In this document: positions 46,389-54,836 of the stretch, in pieces
How the letters are laid out: every line of letters starts with the position of its first letter
Numbering within the stretch: position 1 is the first letter of the stretch
IMG/VR virus record: IMGVR_UViG_3300024239_000354
DNA: 64,000 nt
Source of the DNA: an uncultured virus (IMG/VR IMGVR_UViG_3300024239_000354)
Lineage: Duplodnaviria > Heunggongvirae > Uroviricota > Caudoviricetes
Reading direction: 5' to 3' (one strand)
Notes under the pieces: model-generated
Told to the model about the DNA's origin: nothing
The model's database searches: none
The model's input: only the letters and a program-made list of their open reading frames with translations
Made by a program: the position numbers and the translations under genes

Positions 46389-46916
46389 TTACTTGAGTTT
46401 CTTCGGCTCTTTAGCCGTAATATCGGCTTCGATGACTTGGCCAGCCGCAGTAATCCCGATTTTCTTGGGCTTGCGCTCTTCGGGAACATTCCGGAACAAG
46501 TCAATTTCAAGAATGCCATTGACCATACGGGCACCAGATACTTCGATGTACTCTGCTAATTGAAAGGTGCGCGTGAAATTACGCGAAGCAATACCCTTGT
46601 GGATGAATGTCCGTTCGGTGGTATCGGCTTGTTGCTTACCTTCGACGGTCAGCTTACGATCATGTTCGGTGATCTCGATGTCGGATTCTGAGAACCCGGC
46701 AACCGCAATCGAAATGCGGTACTGGTCTTCGCCCAACTTCTCGATGTTGTAGGGCGGATACCCGTGTGGGTCCATTACGGTTCCGGTGTCTTCAAATAGA
46801 CGGAACAACGGCTCGTAACCGATAGCGGCATTCACCAAGCGGTTCAGGGTCTTATCGAGATTGGTGGTGTTGAGAGTAAGGGTGTGCGGTAACGCACGGG
46901 CGTTGTAATTAGTCAT
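46389..46916 (-). CDS. small heat-shock protein (IbpA/Hsp20)
   Basis: YPPYNIEK, IAVAGF, HKGIASRNF.RTFQL and NGIL.IDL. Confidence 0.95.
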   Translation of the reverse strand: MTNYNARALPHTLTLNTTNLDKTLNRLVNAAIGYEPLFRLFEDTGTVMDPHGYPPYNIEKLGEDQYRISIAVAGFSESDIEITEHDRKLTVEGKQQADTTERTFIHKGIASRNFTRTFQLAEYIEVSGARMVNGILEIDLFRNVPEERKPKKIGITAAGQVIEADITAKEPKKLK

Positions 46917-46995
46917 AGTACCTCCTTCAAAAGCAAGGTCGTTGTAGTTGGCCCCTCGCGGGCACCAGATCAGGAACCTCTCATGAGCATTCCTG
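46917..46995 (-). promoter_or_regulatory. ROSE-like RNA thermometer 5-prime UTR
   Basis: Three hairpins; the last, ACCUU(G)CUU-UUG-AAGGAGGU, pairs UUGCU with the SD; TATAAATA at 47000-47007. Confidence 0.65.
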
Positions 46996-47100
46996 AACCT
47001 ATTTATACTTCGTCCGCCGAGATAAAACCAAATTTAATTTCGTTCCCAACGACGTAAATACTTCTCAGTTATTGATAAATGCATCAGGAATAGTGCATAA

Positions 47101-48384
47101 ATGGATTTTGTAACAAAAGCTGTAATCATTCATAAAGGCTTATATGACTATTCCTTGGTGGAATATACGAATTCATACACTAAAGTAAAAATTATTTGTA
47201 AAGAGCATGGAGTATTTGAACAACGCCCGGATTCGCATTTGAGTGGTAATGGATGCAAGCAGTGTTCTGCTGAAAAACGGCGAAGTAGTAATGGTGATTT
47301 TATTACTAAAGCTATTGCAGTACATGGCTGTTTATATGATTACTCATTGGTTGAGTACAAAAGTGTCCATAACAAGGTAACAATTATTTGTCGGGAGCAT
47401 GGAGAATTTGAACAATTTCCAAATAATCATTTGAGAGGATGTGGATGTCCCAAATGTAGAATAAAAACATCTGACCAATTCATTAATGAAGCGATTGCTA
47501 TTCATAACGGCTTATATGATTATTCGTTGGTAGACTATCGGAGAAGTGATGAAGGGGTATTAATTATTTGTAAACTACATGGACCATTTCGGCAAGAACC
47601 TAATAATCATTTGCGAGGCTATGGATGTCCCAAATGCGCTGTAGACAGGAAACGATTTACTCAATTTGAATTTGTTAATGAATGCACAAATATCTATGGC
47701 ACAAAGTATGATTATTCAGCCGTCGATTATGTTAATTCTCAGACAAAAATTAAAATAGGGTGTCACACTCATGGGGTATTTGAAGTAACTCCGAATAATT
47801 TTTTACGTGGTTATGAATGCCAGTTCTGTAAAAACAAAGACAAAAAGAAAGGGAGACGAATATCGTTATCAGAGTTTATTGAAGACTGTAGGTTGGTACA
47901 TCAAGGAAAATATGACTATAGTTTGATAACGAAATACACCAATAAGTCAGACAAACTGGATATTATTTGTCCAACACATGGCGTCTTTACACAAACTGCG
48001 TATATTCATAAAAGTGGTAAAGGGTGCCCGCGTTGTGTCCACCGTATATCAAAACCAGAAACCAAATGGTTAGATATGCTTGGGGTGGATATTCACCATC
48101 GAAACAAATATGTTCTTCTACCTGATGGAAAACGTTATCAGGTAGACGCCTACAATTCAGTGACTAATACCGTCTATGAATTTTTAGGAGACTATTGGCA
48201 CGGCAACCCAAGCGTATTCCCACCAACACAAATGAATAAAAATGCGAAACGCACACATGGCGAGTTGTACGCCCGCACAATGAGGAAAATGAACCTGATT
48301 GCTCAGGAGTACAACCTGATATACATATGGGAGCAGGATTGGAAAAAGATGCTCGCAGAAACGACCCGACGCATCTCAAGCTGA
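47101..48384 (+). CDS. homing-endonuclease-like protein: repeated zinc-binding units plus a Vsr-like nuclease domain
   Basis: Five repeats of YDYS.V.Y...KV.I.C..HG.F...P..HL.G.GC..C; C-terminal VDAY...YEFLGDYWHG...IWE; AT-rich. Confidence 0.8.
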   Translation: MDFVTKAVIIHKGLYDYSLVEYTNSYTKVKIICKEHGVFEQRPDSHLSGNGCKQCSAEKRRSSNGDFITKAIAVHGCLYDYSLVEYKSVHNKVTIICREHGEFEQFPNNHLRGCGCPKCRIKTSDQFINEAIAIHNGLYDYSLVDYRRSDEGVLIICKLHGPFRQEPNNHLRGYGCPKCAVDRKRFTQFEFVNECTNIYGTKYDYSAVDYVNSQTKIKIGCHTHGVFEVTPNNFLRGYECQFCKNKDKKKGRRISLSEFIEDCRLVHQGKYDYSLITKYTNKSDKLDIICPTHGVFTQTAYIHKSGKGCPRCVHRISKPETKWLDMLGVDIHHRNKYVLLPDGKRYQVDAYNSVTNTVYEFLGDYWHGNPSVFPPTQMNKNAKRTHGELYARTMRKMNLIAQEYNLIYIWEQDWKKMLAETTRRISS

Positions 48385-48402
48385 TCTACGAGCGCCGCTA
48401 AC

Positions 48403-48729
48403 TTACTCAAATCGGCGTCTAGCAGTTTCCATGTCCCCTTCGTATTGGAAGATTACTTCCAGTACGTGGGGGAAGCTGCCTGCCACCAAGAAACATCCGG
48501 TGCAGTTGGTCGCGAGCCATGCCACGATCTGATCTTGCTCACCTCGCAATTTAGCGTGATTGACCAAGTAAGTGTCACCATTCCGATGATCCCAGCCTGG
48601 AAACCCTTGCTGGAATAATTTCCAGAACTGATCATGGGTCAATGCCTTTTGAAGTGGTACAACAATACCGCCGGTCGGAACTACTTCAAATTCTGGTTCT
48701 TGGTATACTGGATTGAGATTACATTCCAT
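48403..48729 (-). CDS. hypothetical phage protein
   Basis: WLATNCTG...F..EGD pattern; GGAG SD. Confidence 0.6.
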   Translation of the reverse strand: MECNLNPVYQEPEFEVVPTGGIVVPLQKALTHDQFWKLFQQGFPGWDHRNGDTYLVNHAKLRGEQDQIVAWLATNCTGCFLVAGSFPHVLEVIFQYEGDMETARRRFE

Positions 48730-49002
48730 CAGTCGCATCTCCGGTGTTGTGAGCACAAAAAAAGAGCTACCGATACCGGTAGCTCTTGAGAAATGGGGAT
48801 GATTCGCCCTCAACGGCAGACCCATGCCGAATTTGTGTGGTTTTGCGTTGAGGCGTGCCCCGCATAATGCCCTTTTGTCTAGCTCAAGTAATTATTTGGT
48901 TTTAATGAACCATTAAAACCAAAGTTAATGTAACGATCCGCCTGTGTTTTGGCAAATTTATTGATTACCACTGGGACTATACATTTGCGTATGACGAATA
49001 AA

Positions 49003-49037
49003 AATGAGGGGTCGGACTTTCATCCGACCCCTCATTG
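49003..49037. terminator. intrinsic terminator hairpin
   Basis: AATGAGGGGTCGGA-CTTTCA-TCCGACCCCTCATT with a T run on the minus strand. Confidence 0.75.
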
Positions 49038-49105
49038 CGGGCTTTGGTACTATGGATGGAACTTCCGGGACCAACAAGAGTACATTCACCCGCAACTTGA
49101 TCTGC

Positions 49106-49903
49106 TCAGTTCCAGAAGCTCGCGCCCTTGGAGAACGAAGCAGCAGACTGAGACGACCGCACTGCGCTTTGTGAGAACATGCGCATGACTTTGCGGACTT
49201 CGCTGGCGGTGGCGCCAGAGGTCATGATCCAGTCCTTCGGGATGCCCATTTCCTGGGCAATTTGCTCGTAAGCGACACCGCCATAGGTTTTGATGCCGTA
49301 GAAGGCGACGATGTGCTTCTCGGCGTTGATCATGTCATTGACGACCTTCGCCACGTCAGCGGCACGGGCACGGCTGGCATTGTCGTCGCCATCGGTGATG
49401 ATCAGGTTGATCGAACGAGCCGCGACGCCCTGCTTGCTGAATTCCGCCACCTTGGCGATGGAGGTGCCCAGCATGACCAAGGATTGGTCGTACAGCGGGG
49501 TGCTGCCGCCGTTGGCTTGGTAGTTGCCGCGATCCAGCTTGGTGGCGCTCTTGACGCCCACAAACGGGAACAGCGTGCGCTTGCTGTACAGGTAGCTGGT
49601 GGACGCCAGGATGGAACTCGCCTGCTTGGAGTCCGACAGGGCGTCCAAGGTTAGGTTGTGACCTTCGATGATGGCATCCACCGCCTGGGACACCGAGCCG
49701 GTGTCATCGATCAGCAGGTTCATCAGGATCACGTCGTCGGCGGCGCCTACGTCATCGACACTGATGCCGAGCGCGGTCTGCATTTGGGCGTTGATATTCA
49801 CGCCAGTCAGGATGTTCAGGCTGGCGGTGGTCAGATCGCCATCGTCAGCCGCATTGCCCAGAAGGGCGTTGATGTTCTGTGAAGACATTGTTTTTTGCTC
49901 CAT
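49106..49903 (-). CDS. vWA-domain protein (TerY-like)
   Basis: LLIDDTGSV, STPLYD and IITDGDDNAS. Confidence 0.85.
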   Translation of the reverse strand: MEQKTMSSQNINALLGNAADDGDLTTASLNILTGVNINAQMQTALGISVDDVGAADDVILMNLLIDDTGSVSQAVDAIIEGHNLTLDALSDSKQASSILASTSYLYSKRTLFPFVGVKSATKLDRGNYQANGGSTPLYDQSLVMLGTSIAKVAEFSKQGVAARSINLIITDGDDNASRARAADVAKVVNDMINAEKHIVAFYGIKTYGGVAYEQIAQEMGIPKDWIMTSGATASEVRKVMRMFSQSAVRSSQSAASFSKGASFWN

Positions 49904-49943
49904 ACTCGATCTCTTGGGGGCGGGGTTTCCCCCGCCGCTCCGC

Positions 49944-50987
49944 TTAGAGATCGATGCCCTTCCAGTTGCGCATGTCGTCGGTGGACTTGACCAGCTTCAT
50001 GCCCGCCGCCTCGTACCGTTGGAAAGCGGCTTCGGCATTCGGGGTGAAGTCAGCGATGAAACCGCCCTGACCATTCGGCACCGTCACTGCCGACATGCAA
50101 TCGGTCAGCACGTAGACCTTCTCGGCAAGCGAGGGGTCTTTCGCCAGAATATCGGTCAGCAGATCATCGACCGAGGACATGACGCAGTGGGAGGCAGCCT
50201 GCCCGGCGACCACCACGTAGTCGTTGTTCAGCAGGGTTTCGATCAGACGGGTGTTCTTCTGATCCAGCGCCTTGCCGTCCCAGCGGGTCAGCACCTCGGC
50301 ACCGAACACCGAATAACACTCGGTCCAGGCGTTCTGTCCCTTGAAGGCGATCTCGCGCTGATCGCCACGTACCAGGGCGTGGAACGCCGTGGCTTCATCG
50401 ATCACGCCCGCCAAGGCATAACCGGCGCTGCCAGCGAGGCAGTGGAAGGGCCACAGGTACAGGGTGTACTTGCCCGCCTTCTTCAGTTCCTCGGCGTAGA
50501 ACTTCGCTTGATTGCGCGCCCAGGTGTAGTTGCCACCGGCACAGGCAGCCGCCGCAACCGGCGAGACGACGTACTTACCCGAGGCGATGTCGTCCACCGA
50601 GATTTCGGTGAAGGGCGGGACGGGGTTGCCGTCAGCATCGTTCCAGAACGTCGAGAAGAAAATCTGGAACGGGAAGTGGGTGTCCATGGTGAGGACAGTG
50701 TGGGTGATCAGACCCACGTTCTTGTACAGGAATTCCGCGATGCGCACGTTGTCATCGATGGCGCCGGTACCCGAGCGACCACCCACGTACAGGGTGCCCT
50801 TCGGAAAGCAGAAATCCTTTTGAAGGTCGATGCCCAGGAACGCCACCTTCTTGCGGGCATCCTTGATGCTGGTGAAGTTGCTCGACTTGGCAAGGGCGGT
50901 AGCTGCCGCCAACAACTTACCGAAGTCGGGAGCGTAGTTGAAATCGGCGGCGTTGCCAGCCGAAAAGAAATTCGGAATTGCGTTCAT
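49944..50987 (-). CDS. isochorismatase/nicotinamidase-like cysteine hydrolase
   Basis: IDLQKDFC, TMDTH, LWPFHC, FKG and AGQAASHCV. Confidence 0.85.
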   Translation of the reverse strand: MNAIPNFFSAGNAADFNYAPDFGKLLAAATALAKSSNFTSIKDARKKVAFLGIDLQKDFCFPKGTLYVGGRSGTGAIDDNVRIAEFLYKNVGLITHTVLTMDTHFPFQIFFSTFWNDADGNPVPPFTEISVDDIASGKYVVSPVAAAACAGGNYTWARNQAKFYAEELKKAGKYTLYLWPFHCLAGSAGYALAGVIDEATAFHALVRGDQREIAFKGQNAWTECYSVFGAEVLTRWDGKALDQKNTRLIETLLNNDYVVVAGQAASHCVMSSVDDLLTDILAKDPSLAEKVYVLTDCMSAVTVPNGQGGFIADFTPNAEAAFQRYEAAGMKLVKSTDDMRNWKGIDL

Positions 50988-51070
50988 CTTCGTTTTTCTC
51001 CTTCCTTCCTTCCGTGGTTTGGGGACGACCTAACGCGGTGTTGGTAATCCCCGATGACCGGAAAGTAAGG

Positions 51071-52987
51071 TCATGCGAGTTTGAGCCTTGTAACTTCGTG
51101 GCGGTTTACCACGAAGATTCCACTTACATGCCCCTGGTCATATGCCGGGAACAAATGATCACCCGCTTTCACGAACGGTTCCGTGTCAGGAAATTCTTTC
51201 GTCACGGCGGGTACACCATTACTTAGCTCGACCCGGACAATACCATCATCCGTCGATGCCATCAAGAAATTTTTCACAACTTTTCCGGAATTGTCGCGAA
51301 TCGCTACCGCACACTTTCCGCGCAAAGTGCCCAGCCACGTTCCATCGCCATCTTCAGTTTCGTCCTGCCCGATCAGTTTACCGCTATCGGACACCACGAA
51401 GACCTTGTTGATGGTGCGACCACCGGTCTGCGCTTTCACGAAAAACCAGCAAAGGTCGTCCGAGAAAGCACAATCCGCGTCGATGATCTGACCCTGGATC
51501 GGGGGCAGGTTCACCGTATTGTTCAGCACACCGTTGATCGTGGGAAACACGAAGGCGCCATAGAAGTCGCCCGCACGGTAGTAACCGAAACCGAACTTTT
51601 CACCCGTCCAGAACTGGGTCTGTCCTTTCAGGACATCACCGACTTTTTCCGGGTAGCCGAGGCGGCTATCGCGCATCAGCACGCCATCCTCGATCCACAG
51701 ACGGGTGTTGCCCGTGCCGCCGATCACCGGGGTATTCCCCAGACGGTCCACCGACTTGCGTTCCGGCGGGTTGCTCGGGTCCAAGGTGATCATGTTCGCG
51801 CCGCGTCCAATGATGGTGCGGTCGCCATTGATGCGGTACCGCATGCCGTTCTCGGGCGTACCACCGGTCACCGACATATCCCCATCACGGCGGAAATCGG
51901 CGCCATCGTGGTACAACCAGCGCAGCTTGCCGTTCTGAACCGACGCATAGAGGATCGTGCCGGTGGTTTTGAACACCGTCGTGGCAGTAACAGTACCCCG
52001 AATGCGGACAGTCTGGACGACTTTACCAATTCCTTTCTGACCACATGCCGGGCAGATGGTTTTAGCATGGACCAAACCACAATCCTTGCACGTGATCCAT
52101 TCCAGTTGTTCGAGAAGAAGGCGTGGGAATTCGCCGCGCTGATCTTTCTCAAAGACCTGAACGAAGTAATGCAGCAGATCATCCGGCAGCGTATCCAACC
52201 GGTTCGCCGGTTTCGGATATTGGACTTCCGGGTGGAAGACTGTAATCCGATTCAGCGGACGCCGATCATTGCCCATTTTCTTGGTTTTGTCGGCGGGTTT
52301 GTACACACCACCATAGGGACCAACGAAGAGAAGTGACTGAAACAGCATCACGTTGTACGCATACCAGTCCGAAAGGCTATTATGCGGCTTCACCAACATC
52401 ATTTTGTCGGGAGCGCACAACACCGGGTCCACGAATTTTGCCGTGAACACATGGCACTGGTAGGGACCGAACTGCATGGAATCGGCGTCGATGAAGAACG
52501 CATCGGTGCCGACGACCATTACGTTGAGATCGTTGAAGTCACCGATCACCACACCGGACTTGTGGATACCGGAAATGGTGGTGTGCATGTTCAAGAAAAT
52601 CTTGTTGATGTTCGGCTGGGGAACGTTCTGCCGGAATTGGCGTTCGCCATAACGCAGCAGCACTTCACCCTTCGCCAGGAAGTCCATGACGTAGCCGACA
52701 ATCGGACCCTTGGGGTCCAAGACCAGCGGATGACCTTTGGAATTGGGCGCGACGACGTTCAGCGGAAGGTTCTGCGGGAACGCCGGAAGCTTCAGTTGAT
52801 GCTCCGCAATGCGGGCAATCGCAGCGTCCTTTTCCGGTTGGGTCAAGAGATCGGGGTGATGCGGACCCTTGAATACTTTGGCAACGGTGCCGTTACCCAA
52901 GTCATAAACGTCCGCCTCACCACCTTTACCAATGGCATTGGTCGGGTCCAATTTCAGCTTCTTGCCGCCAATGACGACCGTAGCCAT
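51071..52987 (-). CDS. Ser/Thr protein kinase-like protein with a C-terminal beta-rich region
   Basis: IGKGGEADVY, VAKVF, VIGDFNDLNV, IDADS and CKDCG...CPACG. Confidence 0.85.
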   Translation of the reverse strand: MATVVIGGKKLKLDPTNAIGKGGEADVYDLGNGTVAKVFKGPHHPDLLTQPEKDAAIARIAEHQLKLPAFPQNLPLNVVAPNSKGHPLVLDPKGPIVGYVMDFLAKGEVLLRYGERQFRQNVPQPNINKIFLNMHTTISGIHKSGVVIGDFNDLNVMVVGTDAFFIDADSMQFGPYQCHVFTAKFVDPVLCAPDKMMLVKPHNSLSDWYAYNVMLFQSLLFVGPYGGVYKPADKTKKMGNDRRPLNRITVFHPEVQYPKPANRLDTLPDDLLHYFVQVFEKDQRGEFPRLLLEQLEWITCKDCGLVHAKTICPACGQKGIGKVVQTVRIRGTVTATTVFKTTGTILYASVQNGKLRWLYHDGADFRRDGDMSVTGGTPENGMRYRINGDRTIIGRGANMITLDPSNPPERKSVDRLGNTPVIGGTGNTRLWIEDGVLMRDSRLGYPEKVGDVLKGQTQFWTGEKFGFGYYRAGDFYGAFVFPTINGVLNNTVNLPPIQGQIIDADCAFSDDLCWFFVKAQTGGRTINKVFVVSDSGKLIGQDETEDGDGTWLGTLRGKCAVAIRDNSGKVVKNFLMASTDDGIVRVELSNGVPAVTKEFPDTEPFVKAGDHLFPAYDQGHVSGIFVVNRHEVTRLKLA

Positions 52988-53050
52988 TTGCAAGTTCCCC
53001 TTGTGTTGCATCTACTACACCGATGCAATAGCTGTGAGTTACGAAGAGTA

Positions 53051-53476
53051 TCAGGCAGACTCAGGGTTGTCAACCCGTAGAAAGTCAGAATCCTTCAGTA
53101 ATTGTAGACGCTTTACTATTGGGTCTGCTTCACGTTTGGTCGTCGGACCCAACCCAAGCATGGTGACGGTGCCGGGGTCAATGCAGGTACGCCCGGCATC
53201 CTGAACCATGTAATAGGGAATGCCGAGTTCTTCCGCTTTGGTAATAGCCTTCTCGATCACTTCGAGATTCTTTGCCCGGAGCGCGACCTTCCCTTGCCCA
53301 TCATGGTTCACATACGTTTCGGCGCGAACCGGGTCGGTTTTGAAGCATTTGTACCATGCGTTGAGAATGGCATGCCCGGCTTGACCCAACGCCTTGCTCA
53401 GCGTCATGCCAGGAATATCCGTGCGAACCAGCATGTACATGCGCGGTTCGTCATCCACATTGAAATCGGTAGCCAT
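53051..53476 (-). CDS. peptidyl-tRNA hydrolase type 2 (Pth2)
   Basis: MYMLVRTD, KALGQAGHA, KVALR and VQDAGRT...GTVT.LGLGP. Confidence 0.9.
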   Translation of the reverse strand: MATDFNVDDEPRMYMLVRTDIPGMTLSKALGQAGHAILNAWYKCFKTDPVRAETYVNHDGQGKVALRAKNLEVIEKAITKAEELGIPYYMVQDAGRTCIDPGTVTMLGLGPTTKREADPIVKRLQLLKDSDFLRVDNPESA

Positions 53477-53477
53477 T

Positions 53478-53765
53478 TTAAACCTTCGTCTTTCTCCACG
53501 CCTCGAAGGCGTCGGCGTCAATCTCTAACGCAAAGAACACATCGCAGTCCAGGCATTCATTCTCGTCTTCATGACCGACGAAATTGAATTCCCACCGACC
53601 CTTGCAGTTCTCGTTGAGCCATGCGCCATATTCGGTTTCATTCAAGTCCCAGGCAGCGGTGACGGTATCGCGCCCATTACGACGGATGCCTTTCTAGCAC
53701 GGCGGGATTTTGGGGAGCCGAACGGTTCGGGACCACCAGACGCAGCCGATAATTGCCATACCCAT
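53478..53765 (-). pseudogene. gene with an in-frame TAG (amber-readthrough candidate or pseudogene)
   Basis: MGMAIIGCVWWSRTVRLPKIPPC*KGIRR...AWLNENCKGRWEF...DADAFEAWRKTKV; TAG at 53694-53696; fills the gap between the PP2C and Pth2 genes. Confidence 0.6.
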
Positions 53766-53767
53766 GT

Positions 53768-54709
53768 TTAGGGCATCCGACGACAAGAAATCAGCGTCGA
53801 ATCGTCATGCAATATGCCATGCTTCTTGACGATGGCGACGTTATCGCGGTCGATCCGGTACTTGCTTTCGTTCAGTAAGTTCAGGCGCCGTTGAGCTTTC
53901 GGACTCACCCGCAGAATCTCGCCATTCTCGCCCTTCGCCAGCATCATGTTTTCGTGCCAGAACTGCGCCAGGGAGCCGACCGTATCACCACCGGCAGCCT
54001 TCAATTCGGCTTTCTCGATGATATCGGTGCAGCCATCGGTACCGACCAACAGGCTCTCCACCTCGGCGGTCGGAATGCTCTTCTGCACGGTGAAGCGCAG
54101 AAGGTCCGGGTTCGTGGTGTCGAGCGCAGTGCCGGTGAGCGCGTAGGTCATGTAGACCGGGCGATTACCTTCCATCGGCGGAATAACCGTCACTTCGCCA
54201 TTGAGGGCGAATACGCCGTCACCCAGCGAGAAAATGTGGGTCATTTCCGGCGTCATCACGAACCCGACCACCGTAAACAGCAGGCAGTCCGATATCAACG
54301 CCTTCATTTCGTCGCTCGGACCCATGGCACCCACAAGTTCATTGATGTAGTGCAGGGTCGCCGTGCGTGCCCATTCCAGATGCTCGGTGAATGGGATGGT
54401 TTCTGTCCGGGTGGGGATGTCCACCTCGTTACGCCATTCAACGAACGTTTTCTCACGCACCGGGACTTGGCGCGTCTGAACCTGATGCAGGGCGTAGAAT
54501 AGTTTGTTCGCGATGATCCGCGAACCCAGCCGCGAGCCGAGTTCCGAGTGCCCGCCTGACCCACACCCATCGCTTACGATACCGACGATGCACGTGTCAT
54601 CGAAGCGCAGCGAGTAGGCGTCTTGGTTGTTATGAAACCCCGGCTGATCCGGTTTGATATGCTCGGTACCCGCGATGGACGCGGGGGCAAATCGAAACTG
54701 GTTCAACAT
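53768..54709 (-). CDS. PP2C-family protein phosphatase
   Basis: GTEH, NNQDA, VSDGCGSG, LGDG, GTDG and DDST. Confidence 0.88.
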   Translation of the reverse strand: MLNQFRFAPASIAGTEHIKPDQPGFHNNQDAYSLRFDDTCIVGIVSDGCGSGGHSELGSRLGSRIIANKLFYALHQVQTRQVPVREKTFVEWRNEVDIPTRTETIPFTEHLEWARTATLHYINELVGAMGPSDEMKALISDCLLFTVVGFVMTPEMTHIFSLGDGVFALNGEVTVIPPMEGNRPVYMTYALTGTALDTTNPDLLRFTVQKSIPTAEVESLLVGTDGCTDIIEKAELKAAGGDTVGSLAQFWHENMMLAKGENGEILRVSPKAQRRLNLLNESKYRIDRDNVAIVKKHGILHDDSTLISCRRMP

Positions 54710-54836
54710 GATCGGGCTTCCTGTGATGCTTCGATGGGATGCTACCTTAAGCAGCATTTTAAAAAGTATTAGATAAATATCCCAGGGTTGTCAAGCCTCC
54801 TGAATGTAAATTTAGGGCGGGAAACAGGAGAATAAT

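Noticed and set aside
49668..51047. 459-aa plus-strand ORF (also 17464-18363, 14130-14921, 20178-21044)
   Set aside because: Antisense shadows of well-supported genes, caused by codon bias
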